Counted from the first letter of the stretch, positions 28,313 to 39,845 are shown. The stretch: DNA of 64,000 nt from an uncultured Candidatus Saccharibacteria bacterium (GCA_964357615.1 CAYHMC010000001.1:2602-66601); one strand, 5' to 3'. A program made the numbers and translations. The notes: generated from the sequence alone by a model not told the origin.

Positions 28313-29884
28313 ATGCAAAAGGAAAAAATTCAAAAATATATACCAGTAAATTCGAAAGCAGAATTTCTTAAAAATTCAGTACAATTTGAGGTTGAGTCAT
28401 TGGAAATATTAAAAATAGTGTCAAACTTGAAACACGAGCATAACTTAAGTTTAAAGCTAGTCACTGCTACGGATGAACAAAAAGAGCTAGGATGTTTTAG
28501 GATTTGGTACATTTTTGGAGTGCCCGATGAAGATGCTTTTGTTATTCCATATATTACGGTTAAGGATGCAAATGAATTTCCATCTATTACATCAATTTGC
28601 GGTGAGGCTATGGGGTATGAAATGAAGATTAGAACATTTTTTGGACTAAAACCAATTGGACACCCAGATTTTAGACAGACCATCCTGCATGAAAATTGGC
28701 CTGAAAATATACATCCACTTAGAAATGACTTCAAATGGGATAAGAGGCCAGAATTAGCACATGGGACATATAAGTTCCAAAAAGTTAATGGTGAGGGTAT
28801 TTATGAAATTCCAGTTGGACCAATACATGCTGGCATTATTGAACCTGGACACTTTAGATTTAGCGTTGCTGGTGAGAGGATTATGCTTTTAGAACCACGC
28901 CTAGGTTTTGTCCATAAAGGAAGTGAAAAGCTTTTTGAAATTCTTCCGATAGATCAAAAAATAAAGTTATCGGAAAAAATTTCTGGCGATAGCTCATTTA
29001 GTCATTCATTGGCATTTTGTGAGGCATTGGAGCAATTGAGTGACACTATAGTATCAAGTCGAGCAAAATATTTGAGAGTTATATTTGCAGAACTAGAAAG
29101 ACTCGCAAATCATTTTGGAGATATTGGTGCAATTATGATAGATACTGGTTTTAATTTTGGCGGAAGTAATGGGTCACGATTGCGCGAGATAATAATGCAG
29201 ATTAATGAGCGTCTTACTGGTAGCAGGTTCTTGCGTGGCGTAAATAAAATTGGCGGTGTTTCAAAAGATTTAAATAATGAAGAAAAGTCTCTTTTATCCT
29301 CTGATTTGGATAGAATACTAAAAGATTTTGGTGAAGTTATAAATGTTGCAGAAAATAGCGTGTCATTATTAAACAGATTAAAGGGGACTGGAGTCATAGC
29401 AAAAGAAGTTGCACAATTGAATGGCGTGATGGGGGTTGCGGGACGTGCTACTGGAATTGTTAGTGATGCAAGAATTGATTATAAATATGCAGCATATGGT
29501 GAAATTACTCCATTTGATATTGCGGTTGAGAATGACGGGGATGTATTTGCAAGATTTAATGTGCGCATTAAAGAAGTTCGCACATCGCATAAAATTATAA
29601 AAAATGCGTTGAAGAATTTACCTGAAGGCTCTATTAGAAGCGATGAGATGAATTCTGAATTTAAAGCGAATTCTCTCGCGATTAGTATTGTTGAGGGTTG
29701 GCGAGGAGAAATTGTTTACTTCGTAACAACCGATTCACATGGGAATATAAGTAGAGTCGTGCCTCGTGATCCGTCACAAATGAATTGGTCTGTACTTAAA
29801 GATGCTGGTTTTGATAATGTTGTACCAGATTTTCCATTAATAAATAAAAGCTTTAACTTATCATACTCTGGAAACGATTTATAA
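28313..29884 (+). CDS. hyfG: Ehr large subunit (NuoCD/HycE/HyfG-like) lacking NiFe-binding CxxC motifs
   Basis: VGPIHAGIIEPGHFRF, ELERLANH, VEGWRGE; L1 site reads ISGDS, L2 site reads SFNLSYSGNDL. Confidence 0.92.
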   Translation: MQKEKIQKYIPVNSKAEFLKNSVQFEVESLEILKIVSNLKHEHNLSLKLVTATDEQKELGCFRIWYIFGVPDEDAFVIPYITVKDANEFPSITSICGEAMGYEMKIRTFFGLKPIGHPDFRQTILHENWPENIHPLRNDFKWDKRPELAHGTYKFQKVNGEGIYEIPVGPIHAGIIEPGHFRFSVAGERIMLLEPRLGFVHKGSEKLFEILPIDQKIKLSEKISGDSSFSHSLAFCEALEQLSDTIVSSRAKYLRVIFAELERLANHFGDIGAIMIDTGFNFGGSNGSRLREIIMQINERLTGSRFLRGVNKIGGVSKDLNNEEKSLLSSDLDRILKDFGEVINVAENSVSLLNRLKGTGVIAKEVAQLNGVMGVAGRATGIVSDARIDYKYAAYGEITPFDIAVENDGDVFARFNVRIKEVRTSHKIIKNALKNLPEGSIRSDEMNSEFKANSLAISIVEGWRGEIVYFVTTDSHGNISRVVPRDPSQMNWSVLKDAGFDNVVPDFPLINKSFNLSYSGNDL

Positions 29885-29948
29885 TGCTAAAGCATTGTAA
29901 ATATATTAGGATATAAAAATAGGCCACCACAGGGCCATTTTAATATAG

Positions 29949-30395
29949 TCAGTCTTTTTCTACGAAACTAATACCATCGAAATCAACAAATACTGGAATA
30001 ACTGGAATTTTGCTTAAGGATACCGGGCCAAATTTCTCAACGACCTGCTTAGCGATGACTAAATCATTTAGTATTTTTTCTTTCGGTGTATTGCCGTATG
30101 CGCCACAAGTTTCATGAGCCATAAGAACTATTCTCGGAGGATGATGTAGTTCAATGGTTCGCTTGATTTGCTTGAGGACATAAATTCTATCGCTTTCATG
30201 TTCAGGGCTTGCTAAGTCTTTTGCGCCACCAGCAATCGTAATTCGATCAACTTTATCAATTTCAAGAATGGTTTTAAGTTCGGTCATACCCCTTTTAAAT
30301 CTTCTATCTAGGCACCATAAAAAAGTTGCGCCAACAGTATAGTGTTCTTTTGAGAGATGCTCTCCAAATCCTATAGATCTTGTGATTTTTGGCAG
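29949..30395 (-). CDS. Beta-class-like carbonic anhydrase, probable CTG start
   Basis: The minus-strand frame extends 36 codons upstream of ATG 30287 to include WCLDRR; also IAGG and HETCGAY; GGAGGT lies 9 nt before CTG 30395. Confidence 0.75.
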   Translation of the reverse strand: MPKITRSIGFGEHLSKEHYTVGATFLWCLDRRFKRGMTELKTILEIDKVDRITIAGGAKDLASPEHESDRIYVLKQIKRTIELHHPPRIVLMAHETCGAYGNTPKEKILNDLVIAKQVVEKFGPVSLSKIPVIPVFVDFDGISFVEKD

Positions 30396-30622
30396 AGGAT
30401 TTTTACCTCCCTCGGGTTAACTTCTAGGAAGCCAGAGCTGATGGGAATTATAAACTCTTTATTATTCTTGTCAATTATCTTAATATCGCAAGCAGTGAGT
30501 TCTGTAATTAAAGGAATGTGATTTGGCAGAATAGTTAATTCACCATCAATACCTTTAACATTTAATGATATTCCCTCTTCATAAAATATTGTTTCTTTCA
30601 ATGAAAAAACACTAATTTTCAT
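30371..30622 (-). CDS. atpC: ATP synthase epsilon, N-terminal beta-sandwich only
   Basis: GELTILPNHIPLIT, ISSGFLEV; follows atpD; minus strand. Confidence 0.9.
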   Translation of the reverse strand: MKISVFSLKETIFYEEGISLNVKGIDGELTILPNHIPLITELTACDIKIIDKNNKEFIIPISSGFLEVNPREVKILCQKSQDL

Positions 30623-30623
30623 A

Positions 30624-32106
<1,483 letters not shown>

Positions 32107-32107
32107 C

Positions 32108-32226
32108 ATCCCGTACGAAATAGGACGCGAACATTTTTTATTATCTACATTGTTTACTAATTATTATTAAGCTTTTATTAATCATTGTCATTATCATATA
32201 TGCGTGTCCGCTATTTCATACGGGAT
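32108..32226. repeat. 119-bp inverted-repeat element B at the atpG stop
   Basis: ATCCCGTACGAAATAG (32108-32123) / CTATTTCATACGGGAT (32211-32226), AT-rich core. Confidence 0.9.
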
Positions 32227-33155
32227 CATGTGTTTGAATTTACTCCGGCAGATATTTCAGATAACTCTTGAGTAATAGCTGCTTGACGAGATTTATTAAA
32301 AATAAGTTGTAAATTATCTTTTAAGTCTGCGGCATTGTCTGACGCGCTCTTCATTGCTACCATTCTTGCTGAATGTTCTGAAGCATTAGATTCGAGTATT
32401 AAGTGATATATTACCATTTCTACTAGGTGTTTGGTTAAATCATTTAAAAGTTTCTGCGCTTCTTCTTTTGATGATGGCTCTGTAATATATTCAAAATGGT
32501 CGCTTAAAATTGATTTTGAATCATTGGCTTCTGAAAAACGACCATATTCTGGCACAAGTTCTTTAATATCTTCTTCAATTTTTTCAAAACTAATGGGAAG
32601 TAATTCACGAATCAAGACATCTTGACGAAGAGTTGTTTTAAAATGTGTGCTAATGGTTATAACTTTTGACCATTTACCACTCAAGAAACCATCAATAACA
32701 AAGTCAGCAAAATCTTGTGTGTGTTGTGGTGTGGCATAATCTCCAAACTTAGTAAACGATTTTTCTGTTCTTAAATTTTTGCGAACCAAATAATCTTCAG
32801 ATTTTTTACCTACTGCCGCATAAAGATATTTGTCAGAATCATCGGTAAAACTTTTCTCAAATTTTCTAAGTACGTTGCTGTTTAGTGATCCCGCGAGCCC
32901 TTTGTCTGCTGAAATAAGAATCACTAATGTTTTTCCGGACTCGCCTGACTCTACCATAAGAGCTGATTTGTGAGGAGAACGTTTTGAAATTTCACGCAAA
33001 ATTTCCATACCTGCAATTGCATATGGTCTGGAATTTAGCGCTAAAACCTGCGCTTTGCGCATTTTGTTGCTCGCAACCATTTCCATCGCCTTAGTAATTT
33101 GCTCGGTATTCCCAACTGATTTTATTCTTCTTTTAATTGATTGAGTAGATTCCAT
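32226..33155 (-). CDS. atpG: ATP synthase F1 gamma
   Basis: ITKAMEMVA, DKGLAGSLN, SEHSARMVAM, RQAAITQEL. Confidence 0.97.
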   Translation of the reverse strand: MESTQSIKRRIKSVGNTEQITKAMEMVASNKMRKAQVLALNSRPYAIAGMEILREISKRSPHKSALMVESGESGKTLVILISADKGLAGSLNSNVLRKFEKSFTDDSDKYLYAAVGKKSEDYLVRKNLRTEKSFTKFGDYATPQHTQDFADFVIDGFLSGKWSKVITISTHFKTTLRQDVLIRELLPISFEKIEEDIKELVPEYGRFSEANDSKSILSDHFEYITEPSSKEEAQKLLNDLTKHLVEMVIYHLILESNASEHSARMVAMKSASDNAADLKDNLQLIFNKSRQAAITQELSEISAGVNSNT

Positions 33156-34678
33156 TATAGTGTGTTCTTAAAATTTTGAATTGCCAATTTTAATTTCTCT
33201 TCAATTTCTGTTGTCAGTTCTTTGGTGGTTCTTATGGGTTCTAATAAGTCGACGTCATGTCGCCCTCGCATATATTCCAAATATTTATTTTCAATATTTT
33301 TAAGATTTTGTACTGCCACATCATCAAAATAACCATTAATTGTTGCATAAAACACTAGCACCTGACTTTCAAATGGAAGAGGAGATGCATCATTCTGTTT
33401 CAATATTTCAGTTATCATTTGACCTCGTTTAATTTTATTTTTTGTCCCTTCGTCTAGATCTGATGCAAATTGAACAAATGCTTGTAATTCTCTAAACTGT
33501 GCCAATTCAAGACGAAGTTTACCAGAAACTTTTTTCATAGCTTTTGTTTGAGCTGAAGATCCTACGCGAGAAACAGAAAGTCCTGCGTTAATTGCTGGTC
33601 TAATACCCTGATAGAAAAGATCTGCCTCTAAATAAATTTGACCATCTGTAATAGAAATAACGTTGGTTGGAACATAGGCAGATACATCGCTTAGTTGAGT
33701 CTCTATTATTGGAAGCGCTGTTAAGGAGCCACCCCCTTTTTCTTTGCTTAATTTTGCAGAGCGTTCAAGAAGCCTAGAGTGGAGATAAAAAATATCTCCA
33801 GGATAAGCTTCTCTACCAGGAGTGCGTCGCAAGAGTAAAGAAATTTGTCTGTATGCAGTGGCGTGCTTTGAAAGGTCGTCATAGATAATCAATGAATCTT
33901 GACCTTGATCCATAAAATATTCTCCAATTGCACACCCCGCATATGGCGCTAAATACCAAAAAGATGCAGGGGAAGAAGCACCTGCCACAACTACAATTGT
34001 GTATTTCATGGCACCGGCCGCTTCAAGCTCTGATATTATTTTTGCAACATTTGATTCTTTTTGACCAATTGCAACATAAATACAAATCGGAATTTTCTGT
34101 CCTTTCTCATTTTGCTGATTAACAATCGTATCAATAGCTATTGCTGTTTTGCCAGTTTGGCGGTCGCCAATAATTAGCTCGCGTTGGCCTCGTCCTATTG
34201 GAATCATAGAATCTATTGCTTTAATTCCAGTATGAATTGGTGATTTTACTGACTCACGTTCAAGAACTGAAGGGGCCCGCTTTTCAATTGGGTAATTGGC
34301 TGGCTTAGCGCCTTTCCATATATCTCCTTTGCCATCAATAGGCTCTCCAAGGGGGTTAATAACCCTTCCAATGAGTTCTGGTCCCACTTTAATACTTAAC
34401 ACCTCTCCAGTGCTCTTTACCTCATCTCCGGCTTTAATTTTCTTAAAATCACCAAGAACAATTGCTCCAATTGATGATTCTTCTAAATTTAACGCCACAG
34501 CTTTAATGGACCCATCCTTGGTTTCGATGCTTAACATTTCTTGGCTCATTGCATTACTTAACCCCTGAATTTTAACTACGCCATCGGCAACCTCGATAAT
34601 ATTACCTATTTTAGAAATTAAAACATCACTCTTTGCGTTTTCAATTTCCCTTTTGAGTTTTTCAATTATTTCAAACAT
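33155..34678 (-). CDS. atpA: ATP synthase F1 alpha
   Basis: [28 protein letters not shown]. Confidence 0.98.
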   Translation of the reverse strand: MFEIIEKLKREIENAKSDVLISKIGNIIEVADGVVKIQGLSNAMSQEMLSIETKDGSIKAVALNLEESSIGAIVLGDFKKIKAGDEVKSTGEVLSIKVGPELIGRVINPLGEPIDGKGDIWKGAKPANYPIEKRAPSVLERESVKSPIHTGIKAIDSMIPIGRGQRELIIGDRQTGKTAIAIDTIVNQQNEKGQKIPICIYVAIGQKESNVAKIISELEAAGAMKYTIVVVAGASSPASFWYLAPYAGCAIGEYFMDQGQDSLIIYDDLSKHATAYRQISLLLRRTPGREAYPGDIFYLHSRLLERSAKLSKEKGGGSLTALPIIETQLSDVSAYVPTNVISITDGQIYLEADLFYQGIRPAINAGLSVSRVGSSAQTKAMKKVSGKLRLELAQFRELQAFVQFASDLDEGTKNKIKRGQMITEILKQNDASPLPFESQVLVFYATINGYFDDVAVQNLKNIENKYLEYMRGRHDVDLLEPIRTTKELTTEIEEKLKLAIQNFKNTL

Positions 34679-35040
34679 TTTAGTCTGTTCTGCAATGAGC
34701 TATCGATAGACAGCTCATCGTTAATTGTTATTTTTATACCAGCAATAAGTTTCTTGTTTATTTTAAAAGTCACATCACTATTTTTATTAAAAGAATTTTT
34801 AACTTTATCTATGAGTGGCTTACTTAATTCTCGAGCCGTTTCAATTTTAATTATTGAAATATTTTCCTTTGAGGCGATATTTTTTTTTATTTCATTGAAT
34901 ATTTTATTTGAATCTTTAATTGCCCCATGCTTTTTTAAGACAGAAGTAAAATTATTACACAGTTCATTATATTGGCTTTCTGGTGTTTTGAGTAACACTT
35001 CGCAAAATGCTTTAGCGAAAATTGTTGGTGAATATTGCAT
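34666..35040 (-). CDS. atpH: ATP synthase delta (short form)
   Basis: Position between atpF and atpA; [19 protein letters not shown]. Confidence 0.85.
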   Translation of the reverse strand: MQYSPTIFAKAFCEVLLKTPESQYNELCNNFTSVLKKHGAIKDSNKIFNEIKKNIASKENISIIKIETARELSKPLIDKVKNSFNKNSDVTFKINKKLIAGIKITINDELSIDSSLQNRLKCLK

Positions 35041-35549
35041 TAGGATATATTGTTTTTACGCAAATTAGTGACGGTTTGCTCAATTAGTTTTTCATCTATG
35101 GCGCTAGGGGATAGCAGAACGGTTTTCTCTATTGCTAATTTAACAAATTCTAAAGCTTCACTGTAAAATTTAGCTTTTTCTTTTAATATTTCTTCGTTGC
35201 CTCTTGCCACAGCTCCCAAAAGCAATTCATCGCCTTTTTTGCGAGCAACTTCCAATAATTCGACTTCTTGTGCTTTTGTTTTTATTTGCATTGCTCCCAG
35301 TATATTAAGCGATTCTTTTTCAGCTTCGGACAGCTTTTCCGCCTTTATTCTCTCTGACGCTTCAAGTTCTTTTTTAGCAAGTTCCGCATCTTCTATACCT
35401 TTTTGTATTTTATTTCTCCTTAATTCAAGAATGCTAAGTAGTGGTTTGTAAACTGTAAATCGTAATATTATTAGTACAATCAAAAAATTAATTGCTTGAA
35501 CAGCAAGTAATTTGAAGTTAACACCCAATTGTGAAAATAATTCAGACAT
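35040..35549 (-). CDS. atpF: ATP synthase F0 b
   Basis: QAINFLIV...YKPLLSILELRRNKI followed by coiled coil. Confidence 0.92.
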   Translation of the reverse strand: MSELFSQLGVNFKLLAVQAINFLIVLIILRFTVYKPLLSILELRRNKIQKGIEDAELAKKELEASERIKAEKLSEAEKESLNILGAMQIKTKAQEVELLEVARKKGDELLLGAVARGNEEILKEKAKFYSEALEFVKLAIEKTVLLSPSAIDEKLIEQTVTNLRKNNIS

Positions 35550-35564
35550 ACCTTAACTTACTTA

Positions 35565-35792
35565 TTATACGAATTTTAATATAAGCGCTACGACTAATGC
35601 GTAAATAGCGATTGCTTCAGCAAAAGCGATAGCTAATATCATTGCTGTTTGAACTTTTGGTGCTGCTTCTGGGTTTCTTCCAATTGCTTCTGCTCCTCTT
35701 GAACCAATAAGTCCAATCGCTATAGCTGGGCCAATAGTACCAAGTGCCATTATAATTCCAATCGCTAACATTTTCATTGTTTCTGCGTCCAT
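35565..35792 (-). CDS. atpE: ATP synthase F0 c (H+-type)
   Basis: GRNPEA loop and essential Glu in AFAEA; no Q...ES/T Na+ signature. Confidence 0.95.
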   Translation of the reverse strand: MDAETMKMLAIGIIMALGTIGPAIAIGLIGSRGAEAIGRNPEAAPKVQTAMILAIAFAEAIAIYALVVALILKFV

Positions 35793-35861
35793 CCCGTTAG
35801 AGGTCCCGTTTCGTAGGCTGTTCTGATAGTTTTATTATCGAGTACATACCTCTAATGGGAT
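35791..35861. repeat. 71-bp inverted-repeat element C at the atpE start
   Basis: ATCCCGTTAGAGGT (35791-35804) / ACCTCTAATGGGAT (35848-35861); TCCAT directly repeated at 35788 and 35861. Confidence 0.9.
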
Positions 35862-35916
35862 CCATTTTATTTTTAATAATTTTAATTAATATTAATGTTT
35901 CGACCAAGTTTTAATT

Positions 35917-36660
35917 TCAGTGACTTTCTTCAATCGTTGCGATTGTTATAAATACCAGCGTTAGCATTGCAAATACGAATGCCTGAATAAATCCAACGAA
36001 TATCTCAAGCAGTATAAATGGTAGCGGTGCTATAAGCGGCAGAAGGAAAACAATAATAATTAGTAATACTTCTCCAGCAAATACATTACCAAACAACCTA
36101 AATGAGAACGAGATTATTTTAGCAATTTCTGAGATTAATTCAAGTATTCCAATAAAAAACCCAATCGGACTTTTAAAATTTATAAATTTTTTAAAATGAG
36201 AAATCGCACCAATTGCACTAATTCCAAAAATATTAACTCCAATCACTGCGATAAGAGCAATGGCAATAGTAAAGTTTAAGTCCGCTGCTGGAGCTCGGAA
36301 TAGTGGAATTAGTTGGGTTTCTTCTCCGTGAGTCTCGTAGAGGCCAATAGATCCAATTCCAGGGAGTAGTCCAAGCCAGTTTGAAATAAGAACAAAAAAG
36401 AAAATTGTTGCGACCAGCGGGAAGTATTTTTTAGTTTTTTCTTCATCATTTATGACGGAGTTACATAGCGAAAGCATTCCCTCAAAAGCAAACTCTAAGA
36501 AATTTTGAAATTTACCTGGAATTAAAGTAAGTCTATTTTTAAAAAATATTCCTAAAACAATAAGAATAGCTGAAGTTATAAATGCTAAAGCTACTGAATT
36601 TGTTATATCCAAGCCCCAAAAATAGAATAAATGCTCTGCTTTGATTGAAATTTCTGGCAT
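35917..36660 (-). CDS. atpB: ATP synthase F0 a
   Basis: NWLGLLPG, SFSFRLFGNVFAGE, IQAFVFAML. Confidence 0.96.
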   Translation of the reverse strand: MPEISIKAEHLFYFWGLDITNSVALAFITSAILIVLGIFFKNRLTLIPGKFQNFLEFAFEGMLSLCNSVINDEEKTKKYFPLVATIFFFVLISNWLGLLPGIGSIGLYETHGEETQLIPLFRAPAADLNFTIAIALIAVIGVNIFGISAIGAISHFKKFINFKSPIGFFIGILELISEIAKIISFSFRLFGNVFAGEVLLIIIVFLLPLIAPLPFILLEIFVGFIQAFVFAMLTLVFITIATIEESH

Positions 36661-36725
36661 AAAAAATATGCCTACATTGTAACAGGGAAGTGTTGAAAAA
36701 TAAAGCGATTTAGTAAAATAACCTT

Positions 36726-37052
36726 TTAGTTTAAGGCCCTCAATAATTCATTGTATTGATTTATTGAAGCAACTCCCAACCAAAGCATTAGAGCTATAGA
36801 AAAAATTGTAAGAACTAAAGATGCTACGCCAATCATTCTGGCTTTTGGATCTGACTGCCGAATATATTTAACTGTATAGCCTAGTCCAAACGGAGCTAAA
36901 AAGAAACTTACCAGATAAATAATTATTTGTTTATTGGTAGATGTGTTGATTGGAGTTACCCTAATATTAAATCCGCAACGCGGACAAAAATAAGCACCTG
37001 CTGGCACTGTCGTTCCACAAGAGGAACAAGCCGTTTCAGTTAGAGTGTTCAT
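36726..37052 (-). CDS. Zinc-ribbon membrane protein
   Basis: CSSCG...FCPRCG followed by two TM segments. Confidence 0.8.
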   Translation of the reverse strand: MNTLTETACSSCGTTVPAGAYFCPRCGFNIRVTPINTSTNKQIIIYLVSFFLAPFGLGYTVKYIRQSDPKARMIGVASLVLTIFSIALMLWLGVASINQYNELLRALN

Positions 37053-37120
37053 ATAGTTCTAGTATATCAAGGTAATTGTAAATTCAGAAATAGTAAAATT
37101 TAGAGCAGATACATTAAAAA

Positions 37121-37152
37121 TAAAAAGCCACTAATAGGGTAGTAGCTTTTTA
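37121..37152. terminator. Intrinsic terminator-like hairpin
   Basis: TAAAAAGCCACTA / TAGTAGCTTTTTA, downstream of the 37178..37876 gene. Confidence 0.6.
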
Positions 37153-37177
37153 TAGAAAACAGATAATAATTCTTGTT

Positions 37178-37876
37178 TTAGTGAGAGCTAGAAGTTGCAG
37201 TTCTTGGAATCGAAATATCTCTCACAATTTGTGCTGAAATTGTGCTACTTACATTTGTGCCCCAAACTCGAAGCGTATCTCCGCTTTGGATATCAGAAAT
37301 TAGAATTGGCAAATAATTTTTATTGAATATTTTCGCACCCGAAACAATGCTTACAGAAAACGCAACATTTTTTTCGGTTAGCGTAAATCCAGATCCTGTT
37401 ATCGTGGTGACTTTGCCTTCATAGTTACGGGGCGTGGCATTTTTCATTAGTTCTTTTACTACTTCCTTATTTTCTTTTTTGGTTTTAGCTAATTCTTCTT
37501 TGTAGCTCCAATTTCTAATAAGCGTTGCGTTAATTGTCCACGGTGAACTGTCAGAAATTTTTCCTTGAATTCCAACAAAGTCATCTTTAGCAAAGTTCGC
37601 AATATCTTTATTGGGCAATATTTTTGTACTGGACCCAATATTTATTGTCCAATTACCGCCCCAGCTTTTTACTACAAGCGAACCACTTGCATTGCTTATA
37701 ACCGTTCCACGAAGCAATGTACCACCCCTTGGTCCTATTTCAATAACCATTGGATTTGTAGTTCTGGTGTTGTTATTTGTAGCTATGGTGGAGCTATTAT
37801 TAGCACTTGCAATAAGTGTTATCGCTAAAATAGATCCGCCAGTAATGATTCCCGTTATAATTTTATTTAGTTTCAT
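37178..37876 (-). CDS. Secreted protein with two DUF5666-like OB-type repeats
   Basis: Signal peptide; repeated G.V...(D/G)D.V.V.G...I.A..(I/V)R pattern. Confidence 0.6.
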   Translation of the reverse strand: MKLNKIITGIITGGSILAITLIASANNSSTIATNNNTRTTNPMVIEIGPRGGTLLRGTVISNASGSLVVKSWGGNWTINIGSSTKILPNKDIANFAKDDFVGIQGKISDSSPWTINATLIRNWSYKEELAKTKKENKEVVKELMKNATPRNYEGKVTTITGSGFTLTEKNVAFSVSIVSGAKIFNKNYLPILISDIQSGDTLRVWGTNVSSTISAQIVRDISIPRTATSSSH

Positions 37877-37986
37877 GTTATTACTTAAATTAATAAGCGA
37901 CCTTTTGCTCTATGTATTATTTGACGCAATAAGAAATAATCTCTTACATAATCCATTAGCAAGTTTTTTATTGGAATAAAACTAAA

Positions 37987-38013
37987 ACTAGCTACCCAAT
38001 TTAGGTAGCTAGT
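37987..38013. terminator. Intrinsic terminator-like hairpin
   Basis: ACTAGCTACC / GGTAGCTAGT downstream of the 38040..38684 gene. Confidence 0.65.
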
Positions 38014-38039
38014 AATAAAAGCTAATTTATTAAGAAAGC

Positions 38040-38684
38040 TTAATAACTTACAAAATATGAAACGCTTGCTTTTGCTCGAAGTTCCGTCAATAAATTGTCT
38101 GTTTCAATACCGATCTTTTGATTTGTAAGTTCATCTTTTACTTTGGCTTTGAATGTTGCTTCTTGGCCCTTTGGTATGACTATTTTATTCTCTTTAATAT
38201 AGGCAGTAATATCAGCATCAGTAATGACCACTTTGTCGTCTAACAGTTTTTTAATCTCTAATTGAAGACGAATTCTTCTTTTAATATCTTTCATATTGAT
38301 ATTTTTGGTTTCCATTAAATTCTCAAGCGTTTCACCCTGTGCAACAATTTGTCCTTCAAGAACTTTTACCTCAGCTTCAATTTCTTCAGTTGTTACTTTT
38401 ATGCCTTTGTTGACTGCTTCTTCGTGAATTAGTTTTTCGCTTATTAGTGCATCAAGAATATCTTTACCCGATTCTTTTTCAAGTTCTTTCATGACCGACA
38501 AGCGCCAAATATAACTGCCATTAACTGAAGCAGCAATTAGTACACTTTTCATTGAATAGGCAAGCGCTCCTAAAATTAATATAAAAGCAATAATAATAGC
38601 TGTTTTTGCATTGAATTTAGATTTTGGAGCAGTAGCTAAATTTTGATTGTCGATTCCAGGGGAATCATAACTTTTATCTTCCAT
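38040..38684 (-). CDS. SurA-N/PrsA-like membrane-anchored chaperone without a parvulin domain
   Basis: TM then AASVNGSYI, LDALISEKLI, GIKVTTEEI, ITDADI. Confidence 0.75.
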   Translation of the reverse strand: MEDKSYDSPGIDNQNLATAPKSKFNAKTAIIIAFILILGALAYSMKSVLIAASVNGSYIWRLSVMKELEKESGKDILDALISEKLIHEEAVNKGIKVTTEEIEAEVKVLEGQIVAQGETLENLMETKNINMKDIKRRIRLQLEIKKLLDDKVVITDADITAYIKENKIVIPKGQEATFKAKVKDELTNQKIGIETDNLLTELRAKASVSYFVSY

Positions 38685-38796
38685 ATTTTTATATATTAAT
38701 AATAATTTATATTTTTTAAATTGATAATAATCTCAGAGTCGACCATTAAACAAATAATAATTTTCTCTAATAATAGCTTTTGAAGCTTATTTAATT

Positions 38797-39519
38797 TTAA
38801 TCGAATTTGGCACTAGTTTGCAACCTTGTATCAAGCAATAATTTCAAATAACTTTTTCCAACTATGTATCCAGCAATTGAACCATATATAATTCCAGCCA
38901 AAAAATCAGATAACCAATGCGCTCCAATTACTGCAACCCCAATTCCAACATAGAGAGCAAATATCATTACTGCGGTTTGAATGAATCTATTTTTCGTAAA
39001 AAGATTTAGCATTGCAACAGAAATTGCAAACGCAACGGATGTGTGTGAAGACGGCCACCCCCAAAAAACTCCACCTTTTAAAAAACCAAAACGAAATACA
39101 TTACTTATGTCAATCGATTCATATGTACCAAATAAATCCGGAGGCACTCTTCCAGTTAGTGATTTATAAAAGAATGAAATTAAAAGTCCAAGTATAGCTG
39201 CTTGAATTATTGCTGAAGCAGTAATTATTAAAATTTTACTCTTAGACATCATGCCAAAAAAAAGCAAAAAAAGAGGTATAAGAATTGGAAAGAGCGCACC
39301 AATTACTAGCGAAGAAAAAAAATAATGTGAAGCACCTGACTTGTGAGTTACTAAATAGAAATTCCAATCAGTTCCGTTTGAAACCAGAATCCAAGTTAAG
39401 ATTATTGCTAATATGTGTAGTGGCAATATAGAAAATCTAAAACAAGAGATTAAATTTTTTATAAAGTCATGAAATAGTGTATTGGTTAAACCAAAAGCAC
39501 CTTTGCTATCATAAGGCAT
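38797..39519 (-). CDS. PAP2 family phosphatase
   Basis: KSLTGRVPP, PSSH, GAHWLSD. Confidence 0.88.
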   Translation of the reverse strand: MPYDSKGAFGLTNTLFHDFIKNLISCFRFSILPLHILAIILTWILVSNGTDWNFYLVTHKSGASHYFFSSLVIGALFPILIPLFLLFFGMMSKSKILIITASAIIQAAILGLLISFFYKSLTGRVPPDLFGTYESIDISNVFRFGFLKGGVFWGWPSSHTSVAFAISVAMLNLFTKNRFIQTAVMIFALYVGIGVAVIGAHWLSDFLAGIIYGSIAGYIVGKSYLKLLLDTRLQTSAKFD

Positions 39520-39581
39520 AAAATATTATAGCATAATCATTTCTTGATTATTGGTCTATCAACCCCCAATTTTTGATTAAC

Positions 39582-39845
39582 CTACTGTTTTTTAAGAAGT
39601 TCGTTAAATTTTAACTTGATAACAAAAAATAAATAAATAATTTCCAAAATGCCAGCTGTGTTTAAAATGAGCATCAAAATAAACCAATTATCATCGCCTT
39701 TTCTACTTGAGTGCCAAAGCGCAAGTCCTTTCCAAAAAATACTCCAAATTACCAAAATGATTAGAAGAGGAGCAAATGTCATCATCCAAGAGGGCAACCC
39801 TCCTTGCATAAATGATTTTGAATAAAAATAATTCATATTTTTCAT
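39582..39845 (-). CDS. DUF5652-like small membrane protein
   Basis: WSIFWKGLALWHS...WF...NTAGILEIIY. Confidence 0.8.
   Translation of the reverse strand: MKNMNYFYSKSFMQGGLPSWMMTFAPLLIILVIWSIFWKGLALWHSSRKGDDNWFILMLILNTAGILEIIYLFFVIKLKFNELLKKQ

Noticed and set aside
28313-29884. Functional group 4 [NiFe] hydrogenase / formate hydrogenlyase
   Set aside because: Both Ni-binding CxxC motifs are absent, and no maturases or formate dehydrogenase are in the window.
35565-35792. Na+-coupled ATP synthase
   Set aside because: Subunit c has EA, not ES/ET, and no helix-1 Gln.
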